Program-made: the position numbers and the translations under genes
Shown: positions 49,642-59,836 of the stretch, piece by piece
Position numbering within the stretch: position 1 is the first letter of the stretch
How the letters are laid out: each line of letters opens with the position of its first letter
NCBI GenBank assembly: GCA_031409335.1
Contig: JANNWY010000307.1
Location: 1-64,000, forward strand
Length of the DNA: 64,000 nt
Reading direction: 5' to 3'
From: Chthoniobacteraceae bacterium
GTDB lineage: Bacteria; Verrucomicrobiota; Verrucomicrobiia; Chthoniobacterales; Chthoniobacteraceae
The notes under the pieces: generated by a model
The model's input: only the letters and a program-made list of their open reading frames with translations
What the model was told of the DNA's origin: nothing
The model's database searches: none

Positions 49642-52600
49642 TTACTTCAGCGTCTTCAGATACGCGAAAAGGTCGCTCACCTGTTCCGGTGGCAGCGCAT
49701 CGAGCAGGCCGTCGGGCATCAGCGAGCGGCGGAGGTATTGCGTCCGGGCGATTTCCTTTTTTGCGATGCGGCGGTCGGCGGCTCCGGGCAGGCGGACGAT
49801 CACGGCGTCCTTGTCCTCGCTCACGAAGAACGCTTCCACGAGGTCGCCGTTTTTCATTTCGATGCGGTAGATGCGGTAGCCGTTTTCCATCGCGGCATTC
49901 GGCGTGAGGATGTTTCGCAAAATTGCCTCGGTGCCCATCGCGCCGACGCCGCTGAGGTTTGGTCCGATGTTTCCGCCGGTCGGTCCCATCAAGTGGCACG
50001 CCTGGCAAAGCGCGGCGGTCGCTTTTCCGCGCGCCGCATCGCCGGGCTGATCGGCGAGGGCGCGGAATTTCGCGAACTTCGCATCGAGCACCTTCGATTC
50101 TTCGGCAGTGAAGACCGGCGGAAAATCGCTCGTCTTTGCGATCTTCGCGCCTGCGCCGAGCTTGCCCCACTGCGAGGCTCCCGCGGCGTAAAGGACGAGT
50201 CCTTCCGGCTTCGGCTGGCCCTCGAAGGAGCGGTCGAAGTGGTTGCGGATTTCCTCGGCGGTGCGCTCGCGATTCCAGATGCGGTATTCCGAAAGCGCGC
50301 CCTCGGTGCCGCCGGGCGCACCAGTTCCTCCGATGAGCGGGTTCACGATTTTTTGCGGCGCGGGTTTCGATTCGGCGGTGTCCAGTTCGCCGTTGATGTA
50401 GATCTTCCACGCGCCTGCCGCGTCACGTGTCGCGGCGATGTGCGTCCAGAGATCAGGCGCGATCGGCTTTTTCGCGACGATTGCATCGTGAATCCCCGCG
50501 CCCGCCCAGACGCGGAATTTTGCGTCGTAGAAATTCAGGTCGATCATGTCTTTCGCCCACAGGATGCCGTCCGCGTTTCCGATGCCCGGCGCGAGGCGCA
50601 CCCACGTTTCGACGGTGAACGGGCCTTCGATCGTGAGGCCGGTTTCGGCGCTGGCGTTGTCCTTGCCGTTGAGCGTGAGCACGGGGCGGAAGAGCGCGGC
50701 GAGTTCGTTCATCAGCGCGGTGAGGTCGGCGTCATTCGGGAGAATGGCCTGGAGCTTTTCCACGATCGGGCCGTCGAGTTCGGTCTTCGCCAGCGTGCCG
50801 GATTTCAGCGCGGCGACGACGGTTTTCGCACCGGGTTTGGTGGAAGTGAGGCGGTCGAGCGCGGCGCGGCGTTCGGTCGTGGAAAGTTGCGGCCAAAGGC
50901 TGAGGATCAAGGCTCCTGCTTGATCGGAACGCGAGGCGCTGAGGGCGGTGAGCGCCGCGTCGCGGACGGCGGGTTCGCCGTTCGTGGCGAGCTTGGCGAA
51001 GAGTTCGGCGCGGTCGGAGCGCAGGTCGGCGAGGGCGCGCAGGGCGGCGGGAAGTAGGGCAGCTGCCCCGGCTGCCAAAGGTCCGCCGGGCGCCCCGCCC
51101 GTCGATGCAGCCGAGGCGGCCGCATCCGTTCCGGCAGGCGGGGCGCCTGCCCTACTTCCGCTCGCGAGCGCAATCAGTTGCGGCTCGATGGCGGAAATCT
51201 GGAAGGCGCTGGCGAGTCGGATGCCGAGTTCCATCTTTGGCGTCTCTGCGGTGGCGAGGAGTTGCTGCGCCGCATCGGCGAGCAGGGGCGTGAGTTTGGC
51301 GGCGTCGATTTTGGTGCGCACGGCGAGGAGCGATTCGAGCACCGACGCGCTGATCGCCGGATTGCCGAGCGCGGCCTTCACCGCGTCGCCGACGCCGGGT
51401 TCGTCGAGGAATTGCACGAGCCGCAACACTTCCTCCTGCCCCGGCGGCCGCGTGAGTTTCGGCAGCAACTGCGCGACGCGCGAAGCACTGGCCTTCGGCT
51501 CCAGCGCGAGGGAGGCGAGGAGGCGGGATTCGATGGGACGTTCTTGTCCTCCGGGTGAGTCGAGAAACTGAGCCGTCTCGCGAGGATGACCCTCGAGGAA
51601 CATGCGAACGAGGTATCGCTGAAACTCACGTTCGTATGCTTCTCGCACTTTGATCGGCTTGCCGTTGCGCGTTGCTGGCGCGGTTGGCTCGGCCAAACCC
51701 GTTTGAGCGAGATACAATAAATTGGAAACCGCGAATCGACTGGAATCAGCGTCAGGATGATCGACGGACGTTGACGATTCGAGCCACTCACCGTTTGACC
51801 GAATAATTTGAGCGAGCACTTCTGGATCTTGGTCTCCGCCCATGTTCCAGAGAAAATTTAGAGCGGCAACTGGAGGAGTTCCCGAATGCGGTCCCATCGC
51901 TCGCGCGAATTCCCGGCGGACGTTGCGGTTGGGGTCAAGCGATAGCTCGACGAGCAAGCCGCTGTTGGGTTCCCAGAGCAAATGGGCGGTCTCTAAAATC
52001 CAAAGACATTGAATCCTCAATGCCGCTGGCTTCGTTGTGTCGGTAACAAGTTGTCGGAGCTTCGGAGCAAGTTCTTTCATCCCTCGATCCCCAATCGCCT
52101 GCCACGCCAGATGACTCTGCGCCAGCGATGGCCCGCCGAGCTTGGCCAGCAGCTCCTCTCCGGTCGCCTTCGTAAAATCCTGCATCGGAAACGGCTTCTG
52201 CGCGGTCGCCTTCACGCGCCAGATGCGGCCGCGCGTTTTGTCGCGGTCGGGATGGTTTCGCGGGACTTCGTTGTGCGAGATGATTTTGTTGTACCAATCG
52301 ACGATGTAGAGGCAGCCGTCGGGGCCGAAGGTGATCGCGACCGGGCGGAACCATTCGTCGGCAGATTGGATGAAATCGCCGAGCAATTGCAGCCGGTGGC
52401 GCGGGCCGTCGGGGTGGATCTTTATGGCCTGAATTTTTCGGGTGATGGGATTGGCGACGTACATCACGTCGGCGTAAGCGGGGGGAAATGACCAATGACC
52501 AGTGGCCAATGACCCACTGCGCGCCGCGCCTGCCAATTGGTCATTGGTCATTGGACCCTGGTCATTTCCGACCGCCTTGTCCGACAACGCGAGGCCGCTC

Positions 52601-54099
52601 AGCCCCGTCCCGCCCATCGGCAACCCCGGCGTGCCCGGAAACTCGGGCGCGTAGCTTTTCCACTGCGCATCCGAGCAGCCGGGATAGTTCGCGTATTCGT
52701 GGAAGGGCATGACGGGGTAGCCGAAATCGTTCGCCTCCTGAATCCACGCCTGGCCTTCGCCATCGAGCACGAGGCCCCAGATGTTGCACGGGCCGTTGCT
52801 CGTGATGTCGAAGCCCGAGCCGTCGGGCCGAAACTTCGCCATGCGCGTCTGGTCGAATTTCACGGCCTTCTCCGGCGGCTCACCGGGGCGGCGCACCTGG
52901 CTGTAATTGAACGCGCCCTGCGCCATCCAAATCCAGCCGCCAGGCGCGCGCATAAATTGATGGGGGAAAAGATGCGAATCCTGCACGCCGAAACCGGTGA
53001 GGATCACTTCGCGTTTGTTGGCCTTGCCGTCGTCGTCGGTGTCGCTCAGAAACGCGATGTCGTGACCGTGCTGGACGTAGCAGCCGTTCTTGTAAGGCAG
53101 CACGCCGAGTGGAATCGCGAGGCCGTCGGCGAAGATGCGCGCTTTTTGCACGCCGGACGCGAGCGGCGTGTCGAAGACGAGCACTTTGTCCTTCGCCTTG
53201 CTCGCGTAGAGCGCATCGGCAGCGGAGGGGTTTTCGTTGCCATCGACGGGATACTCCAGCGCGGTCGTCGTCCAGAGGCGGCCCTTTTGATCGAAGTTCA
53301 GGCAGACGAATTTCCCGATGCCATTCGCCGGATCTTCCTGCGCGACGAGTTCGATTTCAAAACCCGGCGGCAGCGTGAAAGCCGCGCGCTGATCCTCCGG
53401 CGCGAGCGGCCCGGCCTTCGCACCTTTCGGCTTCGGCGCGGGGATGAAAATCTCGCCCGGTTTCGGCGCGGGCAGTTCCTCGATGGTGATGTCTTTCACC
53501 TGCACCAACGCCTTCCCGCCGCCGTGGACCTGGATGCCGCATTTTCCCGTCTGCACGATCGCGGCATCGGCCTCGGTGTAGTCCACGCCCTGCACGCCAT
53601 TGATCCACGTCGTGATGCGCGGCCCCTGCGCGCGGATGACGTATTCATTCCAATCGTCCTTCTTGATGACCGGCCGCAGCGCCTTCATGTCCGACTCCGC
53701 CATCAGCTTGTTGCGCCGCGATTCGTCGTAGATCGCGCCATACCAAGTCGGCTCGCCGTAGTCGCACTGGTAGCCCGCCATCTCGGAATTCCCAGGCACG
53801 CGCTGGCTGCGAATCTGGAAGCCGCTGTTCACAAAGCCCGTGCCCGTGAGTTTGATTTTCAGCCGCACGATGAAGTTCCCGTAGTCCTTCACCGTCGCGA
53901 GAAAATCGTTGTGCTTCACCTCCTCGGTCAGCGAACCGCCGATGATCACGCCATCCTCGACGCGCCAGAGTTTCGCATTTCCCTCCCAGCCCGCGAGCGT
54001 CTTGCCATCGAACATCGGCGCTGTTTTTCCCACCGGCGGCGGCGGCTCGGCGTGGAGCGTGAAGACGGTGAGGAGGAGCAGGATGACGGGGCGTTTCAT
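49642..54099 (-). CDS. PVC-type heme-binding membrane-bound dehydrogenase-like protein (DUF1080, propeller, HEAT-like, LamG, cytochrome c)
   Basis: MFDGKTLAGW…NSGFQIRS…IQVHGG (DUF1080), LPPGFEIELVA, FGPDGCLYIVDWYNKIISHNE, CQACH…GPNLS, SLMPDGL. Confidence 0.9.
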   Translation of the reverse strand: MKRPVILLLLTVFTLHAEPPPPVGKTAPMFDGKTLAGWEGNAKLWRVEDGVIIGGSLTEEVKHNDFLATVKDYGNFIVRLKIKLTGTGFVNSGFQIRSQRVPGNSEMAGYQCDYGEPTWYGAIYDESRRNKLMAESDMKALRPVIKKDDWNEYVIRAQGPRITTWINGVQGVDYTEADAAIVQTGKCGIQVHGGGKALVQVKDITIEELPAPKPGEIFIPAPKPKGAKAGPLAPEDQRAAFTLPPGFEIELVAQEDPANGIGKFVCLNFDQKGRLWTTTALEYPVDGNENPSAADALYASKAKDKVLVFDTPLASGVQKARIFADGLAIPLGVLPYKNGCYVQHGHDIAFLSDTDDDGKANKREVILTGFGVQDSHLFPHQFMRAPGGWIWMAQGAFNYSQVRRPGEPPEKAVKFDQTRMAKFRPDGSGFDITSNGPCNIWGLVLDGEGQAWIQEANDFGYPVMPFHEYANYPGCSDAQWKSYAPEFPGTPGLPMGGTGLSGLALSDKAVGNDQGPMTNDQLAGAARSGSLATGHWSFPPAYADVMYVANPITRKIQAIKIHPDGPRHRLQLLGDFIQSADEWFRPVAITFGPDGCLYIVDWYNKIISHNEVPRNHPDRDKTRGRIWRVKATAQKPFPMQDFTKATGEELLAKLGGPSLAQSHLAWQAIGDRGMKELAPKLRQLVTDTTKPAALRIQCLWILETAHLLWEPNSGLLVELSLDPNRNVRREFARAMGPHSGTPPVAALNFLWNMGGDQDPEVLAQIIRSNGEWLESSTSVDHPDADSSRFAVSNLLYLAQTGLAEPTAPATRNGKPIKVREAYEREFQRYLVRMFLEGHPRETAQFLDSPGGQERPIESRLLASLALEPKASASRVAQLLPKLTRPPGQEEVLRLVQFLDEPGVGDAVKAALGNPAISASVLESLLAVRTKIDAAKLTPLLADAAQQLLATAETPKMELGIRLASAFQISAIEPQLIALASGSRAGAPPAGTDAAASAASTGGAPGGPLAAGAAALLPAALRALADLRSDRAELFAKLATNGEPAVRDAALTALSASRSDQAGALILSLWPQLSTTERRAALDRLTSTKPGAKTVVAALKSGTLAKTELDGPIVEKLQAILPNDADLTALMNELAALFRPVLTLNGKDNASAETGLTIEGPFTVETWVRLAPGIGNADGILWAKDMIDLNFYDAKFRVWAGAGIHDAIVAKKPIAPDLWTHIAATRDAAGAWKIYINGELDTAESKPAPQKIVNPLIGGTGAPGGTEGALSEYRIWNRERTAEEIRNHFDRSFEGQPKPEGLVLYAAGASQWGKLGAGAKIAKTSDFPPVFTAEESKVLDAKFAKFRALADQPGDAARGKATAALCQACHLMGPTGGNIGPNLSGVGAMGTEAILRNILTPNAAMENGYRIYRIEMKNGDLVEAFFVSEDKDAVIVRLPGAADRRIAKKEIARTQYLRRSLMPDGLLDALPPEQVSDLFAYLKTLK
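51050..51159. repeat. GTAG-type REP doublet, in-frame inside CDS
   Basis: GGAAGTAGGGCAGCTGCCCCGGCTGCC … GGCAGGCGGGGCGCCTGCCCTACTTCC. Confidence 0.8.
52487..52566. repeat. Inverted heptamer arrays (AATGACC)n / (GGTCATT)n, in-frame inside CDS
   Basis: Encodes NDQGPMTNDQLAGAARSGSLATGHWS. Confidence 0.8.
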
Positions 54100-54192
54100 G
54101 GTGAAGGAATGGTCTGGAGTGAATCCGGGCGGGCGTCTGGTCTTGGGAAGTGAGTGAGCACTAAAATGCACCTCACACCGACGCAAAAGCGA

Positions 54193-57100
54193 TCAAGGAT
54201 CTCGCGTGATTTCGACCTGGCCGAACGCGCTCGTCGCGGCCGGTTGCGCGCTGCGGAAGGCGACGGTCTCCGTGCCGTCGCCATTGTTCACGCTGCCGAG
54301 AAGCGTGAACCCGAGCGACTGCCAGCCGGCCAGTTCGGGCGAAAATTGCGGTGTGAAAATGAGATCGCTCGCGCCGATGTGCCGGCGAAATCGCATCACG
54401 AAATAATCGCCAACCAAACCAAGCACGCTGACGGGTTCGATCGCCGCGCGTGGTGCGAGCGCGGCGCTGCTGCCGCTGAGCGGGTTCGTGCGCTGCGCGT
54501 ATTCGGCGAGGTTTGCGGAAAAATCGTGGTCCGGATCGTCGAGCGGATTGGTCGCGGTGAGGCCGGGATTTTCCGCAAGCCACGCGGCGTAATCGGTCGT
54601 ATCCAACGCGCGCGGTTTTCCACCGATCACCGCGCTGCTCGACCAGCTCAGCGGCTGCGCGTGATCGGGATTCGTCTGCGGACGCATCAGGATCAGCGAA
54701 TAGCCTTCACCATCCGCGCTCGCGGGCCACGGATCGTCGTCCGCGTAAAGGAACGACTTGATCGCCGTGCCCGTCGCGCCATTCAGCGTCAGCGTCTCGC
54801 CATTGTGCGCGAGCGTGCCAGTGAAAGTGCCCGCGACCGGCACCGCGCGGCGCAGCGCGAAGGCCGCGGGATTTCGCACGATGACGACCGTGCCGCCCGG
54901 CGCGAGCACGGTGCTCGCGGTGAAGGTGAACGAAATACCCTGCGTGAATTGCGCGCCAGCGAGTTCGACATTCGCGAGGCTGATATTCCGCAATTCCACG
55001 AACTGGAAATCGTCCGCATCCGTGATGCCCGCGAGTCCTTCAGATGTAGTCGGCTCCGCGGGGTGATAGTGAAATTCCGATATGACGATATTCGCGGCGC
55101 TGGCGGCGACGTTCGCGGTGCTGCTCGTGATCGTGATGCTGTCCGTGCCGGTGAGCGTGTTCCGCTGATCGCGCGATTGCAGCGTGATTGCGTTCGCCCC
55201 GGCGGTGAGCGGAACGCTGACGCTCCACGTACTCGCGCCCGTCCACGCCAGCGCGAGCGGCGCAGGCTGGCCGGCGCGTTCGATGCGATGCACGTCCACC
55301 CAGCCAGTGCCGCTGAGCGTCACGGTGTTCGCGGCGGTGGTGAAATCCGCGCCGCCATTCGTGGTGATCGCGAAGGGAACCGCCGCGGGCATTTGCGTGA
55401 GCGCGAAAGCCGAGCGGCTGCTGATGAACGACGTGAATGCCGAAAAATCCTGCCCGGTCACCGTGCTGAGATGCGTGACCCACGGCGTCATGTAGGTCGA
55501 GTTGAACGTGGAATTCACGAGGTCGAGTACGTGGCTGTCGAAGACACGCTTGAACGCCGCGATGCCGAAGAGGCGCGTGATATTAAAGCCGGTCGGCGTG
55601 AGCTGTTCGGTCGTCGCGAGCGTGAAGGCGCTGTCGAGATCCCATGTAAAGGCGATGAGTCGGCTGTCATTCGGGCGTGGGACCATCCGCCAGTTGTGCG
55701 CCCAGACGCGGCCGTATTGATCCGCGTTTCCATAAAGTCCCATCAGCGCCCACGTGCGCATCCACTGATCGACATCGATCGTCGCCGCGATTTCGTTTTG
55801 GAACGCCGTGCCGCTCAGCGCGAACGCGCGGTTCAGGCGCACCATCGGCGCGTAATTATCCGCGCGACGCTGGCTGCGAATTTGGAAACCCCAGCGATAC
55901 GCCTCCTTGTCCGCCCCGCGATCGGCAAAATCCATCGTGCCGCGATTGTGGTGGTACGGATTGTTCAGCTTCAGACTTTCCGGCTGTCCATCGACGGTGC
56001 CATTCGGCTGGTAGAGCAGTTCGTGATTAAAAACCGTCGGCGAGTCGTAGCCGGGAAATGCGCCATTGAGAAACACGCTGCCCGTCCGCGAAGCCGCAAT
56101 CAACGCCACGCCCGACGCGCCCGGCCCGTTCACTTTCACCACGTCGTTGTAGAAGCTCCAGTAGCCGCCGCCCGCGCGATTGATGATCTGCTCAGCGACG
56201 ATTTCGCGCAGCAGCCCCGCGCGCTCGATGCTGATGGAATCATGCACGCCGCGGAAAAGCTGGTCGGGCTGAAAGTCGAGATTGTAGCCAAACTCGGTCG
56301 GCTGATACCGCCCAAACGCGCTGCCTTTCAGCCGCACACCGACGTCATAATAGACCGTGTTTTCGTCATCGATCACCGTGCCGCGAAACGAGTCGTTGCT
56401 CATCCGGTTCGTGTTCGTGAAGAGCACGGTTTCGTCCTCCGGACTGATCAGCACGCGCAGGTTTCCGCGCACGCCGCTGGTGTCCGCCGTGCTGTTATTC
56501 ACGCGGTAAAATGTGCCGCCTTTCACGCCATCCGCCGGATACGTGGAAACTGCGCCCGCCCCATCCGTGGCCTGCACGTAGAACTGCACGAGCGCGCCCG
56601 TCGTTTGTCCGGGAATGCTCGCGCTGTAACGTCCCTCCGCGCCCGGCGTCATCGCGCCACTCGTCCACGCGCCAGTGTTCACGCGACGGAAAAGCAGCGC
56701 GCTCGCGACGCCATCCGGATCGCTCAACGTCACCGAAACCGTGGCGGCGGCGGAAGCGTTTGGGCGCACTGGCGAATGCGCAAGCGCGCTCGCGGTCGGG
56801 CCGATGTTCGCGGCGGCGACGCTATTCACCGCTCCCGGCGTGCCCCACGCGGTGCCGACGTTCAGCACCGTCGTGCGTTGCAGGTAGTTGAAATAAAGGC
56901 GCGTGTTCACCTGATTCGTGCCGCCCATCCAGCGCGCGCGAAAGCTGATGCGGTACGTGTTTCCCACCGTGACCTGCCGGCCCGTGAAGAACGTCGTCTC
57001 GATGCGATTGCTTTTGTCCTCGGTGTTGCCAGTCGCGAAAACGCGGAAGCATTTGTTCGCCGCGTTATCCGGATCGACGACGACCACGCTGCGGCCCTGG

Positions 57101-59361
57101 CCGTGATTGCCGAGGCAGCGCCATTTCAGCGGCACCGCGCCGGGCGCGTCGCTTTCAAACGTGCCATTCTGGATGAACTCGACGTTCGTGCCCGTCGGAT
57201 TTTCGCGCACGCTCACGTCGTCGATCAGCACCTCGCCATTTTCCAAAAGGCCGAGCAGGAAATCGCGAAACGCATCCTCGCCGTAACCGTCATCCGTCGC
57301 TGCGCCGGTGTAGGTGATCGTCTGCCACGCGCCAAGCGGCTGCGTCGCGCTCGCGGCCCACGCGCTTGGCGCGGAATTCTCCGCACGCGCATCGCGCAGC
57401 TCGATGCTGCTGCCGCCCTGCCCCGCGCGCTCCGGCCAGCGGCCTGCGTCGCGGTAAAAAACTTCGTCCGCCGTGTTGCCGTTCGGGTCATCGAGTTCGA
57501 GACGATCGCCGCCGCTGAGCGAGCCGTTGAACGGCCCGACGATCGGGCGGCCCGGCCATTTCGCGAACAGCGCGGCAGGATCGCGCGCCACCACGAGGTA
57601 CGCGCCGGGCGTGAGCGTTGTGCCGGGAGCGAACGCGAAATCGAGGCCCGCGCTGAACTTCCAGCCGGTCAAATCCACGGACGCCGCGCCTTTGTTGAAA
57701 ACCTCGACCCACTGTTCCGGCCCGTCGTCGAACGCGTGGTGGAAAATCTCGTTGATGACCACATCCCCCGGAATCGCGAACGCATTTGCCGCGCCGAAAG
57801 TCGTCGCGCTCGGACGCTGCCAGTCACCCGTGCCGGCGATGATCCGGGCGCGCGGCGAACCGCTCACCCGCGCCGCATCCACGAGACTGCCCGTCGCGCC
57901 CGGCGCGAGCAGGAAAAGCCGCTCATTGTTCACCGGCGTGAAGCCGAGGGTCGCCGTGTCGAGCGCGAGAAATCCGCCCGTCGCGAGTGTGGAAGCCGGG
58001 AAAACGTACGGCGTCGCCGGGTGTTCGGAGCCGACGATGGTGAAACCGGTGAGCGTGATCGTGGACGCGCCGTGGTTGTGCAATTCGATGCGAAACGCCG
58101 CATCCGTCGCCGCCGAAATTTCGTTGAAGGCGAGCTTTGGCAGCGTCGCATTCCAAGCGGCCGTCGTGGGAAAATTCAGCGCGCCCGGCGTGCCATTTCG
58201 CTGAAGACTCCATGCCCAATTTGCCGCGACTGCCCCCGTCGTTTGCGCGTCTTTTTTCGCCAGCGTGAAGCCCGAGCCATCCGGCGCAAACGGCCACGAA
58301 CCGGAGTCAGCGTAATCCACCTCCTCCATCACGCGCCGGCGATCGAGGCTCGTGGAAAACGTGCCCGGGTCGAAAGTCGCGCCGCCGTTTTGCTCGACGA
58401 AAAGCTGGTAGCCGCCCCAGTTCGATTCGCCGCTCGGCGCATCCGCGTTGCCGATGATTTTCCCCGTCGCATCCGGATGCAACCCGGCGATCAACGCGCC
58501 GCTGCCCGCCGCCGTTGTAGCGGTGTCATCAGTCAGCAGCCCGTTCCCATTCGCGTCCGCCTTGATGCGAATCGAACGCGACGCGCTTCCATAAACCCAC
58601 AGGCCATAAGTCTTCGCTGGATCGAGCCCCGTGATCCGCCACGTGATGCTCGCCGCGGAGTTGCCCGCATTGAGAAAGAGGTAGTCGTTCGTGAGTGAAT
58701 TGCCGGCGGTGCTGAAGCCGCTCACCGTGCCCGTGATCGCGAATCCCACGCCCGTCGCCGTGCCCGCGCTATCGACGAGCGTCGCGAGCGCGGGGTTCAC
58801 CGTCGTGCCCGAGTGCCCGGCGATCGTCAGCGCGTTCCACACATTCCCCAAGCCGCTCACTGGCTCCACGCCGGACATGAGCACCGGCACGGTCTGCCCG
58901 AAAGCACCGCCCGCGCCATTGCCCTGGATGTCCACGCTCCACAATTCATTCGCTGGCGGCTGCGTCTGCGTGCCGGGCCGCGTACGCAGGCCGGGGCCGT
59001 TGTTGTAAAGCGTCAGCTTTTCCCCGTCATTCGCGAGGCTTCCCACAAAAGGCCCGAGCGCTCCCGCGAATCCCGTCGCCGTCTGCAATGCGGCGGGATC
59101 TTTCGCCACCACGAGATACCCGCGCGCCGGAACGACCGTGCCTTCAGGAAAATCGAACACGATCCCGCCGTCGAAACGCCACCCGCTCATGTCCACATTC
59201 ACGTAGAGCTGATTGCGCAGTTCCACGTATTCCAGCGCGGCATTCGTCGTCGGGTTGTAGTGGATTTCATTGATGACGACGACGCTGTCGCCATCCGCTC
59301 GCGCGGAAAATGCGATTGCACAGAGGAAGGCGAGGAGGAAACCGAGCGGGGGAATTCTCAT
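54193..59361 (-). CDS. Large secreted lamin-tail-domain / CotH kinase-family protein
   Basis: Repeated VVINEIHY…EYVELRN / WPxxADGxGxSL lamin-tail motifs; VGVRLKGS…WDLD CotH-like core. Confidence 0.85.
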   Translation of the reverse strand: MRIPPLGFLLAFLCAIAFSARADGDSVVVINEIHYNPTTNAALEYVELRNQLYVNVDMSGWRFDGGIVFDFPEGTVVPARGYLVVAKDPAALQTATGFAGALGPFVGSLANDGEKLTLYNNGPGLRTRPGTQTQPPANELWSVDIQGNGAGGAFGQTVPVLMSGVEPVSGLGNVWNALTIAGHSGTTVNPALATLVDSAGTATGVGFAITGTVSGFSTAGNSLTNDYLFLNAGNSAASITWRITGLDPAKTYGLWVYGSASRSIRIKADANGNGLLTDDTATTAAGSGALIAGLHPDATGKIIGNADAPSGESNWGGYQLFVEQNGGATFDPGTFSTSLDRRRVMEEVDYADSGSWPFAPDGSGFTLAKKDAQTTGAVAANWAWSLQRNGTPGALNFPTTAAWNATLPKLAFNEISAATDAAFRIELHNHGASTITLTGFTIVGSEHPATPYVFPASTLATGGFLALDTATLGFTPVNNERLFLLAPGATGSLVDAARVSGSPRARIIAGTGDWQRPSATTFGAANAFAIPGDVVINEIFHHAFDDGPEQWVEVFNKGAASVDLTGWKFSAGLDFAFAPGTTLTPGAYLVVARDPAALFAKWPGRPIVGPFNGSLSGGDRLELDDPNGNTADEVFYRDAGRWPERAGQGGSSIELRDARAENSAPSAWAASATQPLGAWQTITYTGAATDDGYGEDAFRDFLLGLLENGEVLIDDVSVRENPTGTNVEFIQNGTFESDAPGAVPLKWRCLGNHGQGRSVVVVDPDNAANKCFRVFATGNTEDKSNRIETTFFTGRQVTVGNTYRISFRARWMGGTNQVNTRLYFNYLQRTTVLNVGTAWGTPGAVNSVAAANIGPTASALAHSPVRPNASAAATVSVTLSDPDGVASALLFRRVNTGAWTSGAMTPGAEGRYSASIPGQTTGALVQFYVQATDGAGAVSTYPADGVKGGTFYRVNNSTADTSGVRGNLRVLISPEDETVLFTNTNRMSNDSFRGTVIDDENTVYYDVGVRLKGSAFGRYQPTEFGYNLDFQPDQLFRGVHDSISIERAGLLREIVAEQIINRAGGGYWSFYNDVVKVNGPGASGVALIAASRTGSVFLNGAFPGYDSPTVFNHELLYQPNGTVDGQPESLKLNNPYHHNRGTMDFADRGADKEAYRWGFQIRSQRRADNYAPMVRLNRAFALSGTAFQNEIAATIDVDQWMRTWALMGLYGNADQYGRVWAHNWRMVPRPNDSRLIAFTWDLDSAFTLATTEQLTPTGFNITRLFGIAAFKRVFDSHVLDLVNSTFNSTYMTPWVTHLSTVTGQDFSAFTSFISSRSAFALTQMPAAVPFAITTNGGADFTTAANTVTLSGTGWVDVHRIERAGQPAPLALAWTGASTWSVSVPLTAGANAITLQSRDQRNTLTGTDSITITSSTANVAASAANIVISEFHYHPAEPTTSEGLAGITDADDFQFVELRNISLANVELAGAQFTQGISFTFTASTVLAPGGTVVIVRNPAAFALRRAVPVAGTFTGTLAHNGETLTLNGATGTAIKSFLYADDDPWPASADGEGYSLILMRPQTNPDHAQPLSWSSSAVIGGKPRALDTTDYAAWLAENPGLTATNPLDDPDHDFSANLAEYAQRTNPLSGSSAALAPRAAIEPVSVLGLVGDYFVMRFRRHIGASDLIFTPQFSPELAGWQSLGFTLLGSVNNGDGTETVAFRSAQPAATSAFGQVEITRDP

Positions 59362-59381
59362 TGGGAAAAACGGAACTCGCT

Positions 59382-59696
59382 TTACTGCCCGTCGTCGAAT
59401 TCGTGATCGCACACGATTACCGCGTCCAGGCGCGGCACCACCTTTTCAGCAGCCGCCGTGTGGATGGGATGCGGTAGGTAGGCATCGCGCGCCGCCGCGC
59501 TTGCAAAGGTCATCACAAAGCTGTGGGTGAAGCCCTGCGAAAGGCCCTCGGTGCTGGTGTTGACGCCCCACGTCAGGCCGAGGATGCCGGGAATTTGCCG
59601 TGGCAAGTCTTCGATGATCCGCCACACGTCGGCGATGTCCTCGCGCGTGCAGGCGGACTTGAATTTGAAAAAGGCGATGTGTTTTACGCGGGTCAT
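59382..59696 (-). CDS. Dabb (stress-responsive A/B barrel) protein
   Basis: VKHIAFFKFK…LPRQIPGI…GFTHSFVMTF…RDAYLPHPIH. Confidence 0.9.
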   Translation of the reverse strand: MTRVKHIAFFKFKSACTREDIADVWRIIEDLPRQIPGILGLTWGVNTSTEGLSQGFTHSFVMTFASAAARDAYLPHPIHTAAAEKVVPRLDAVIVCDHEFDDGQ

Positions 59697-59836
59697 TCGA
59701 GTGAAGCGGATTCGCCGCAAGGTAAGGCGCGCCGCGATTCCCGCCAGTGCGGCCAGGTGACTGAAATCCACATTTACACGATGAATGCCCCGGAAGGCGT
59801 GCATCGTCATCGGTCAAAGGAGTAGCGTCGCCGCCG

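Noticed and set aside
54154..58698. 1514-aa plus-strand ORF and similar long antisense ORFs (1948-3594, 7721-10432, 38307-40403, 39788-41752, 42103-45324, 49102-51057)
   Set aside because: Shadow frames of genuine high-GC genes on the opposite strand; Arg-rich with no motifs.
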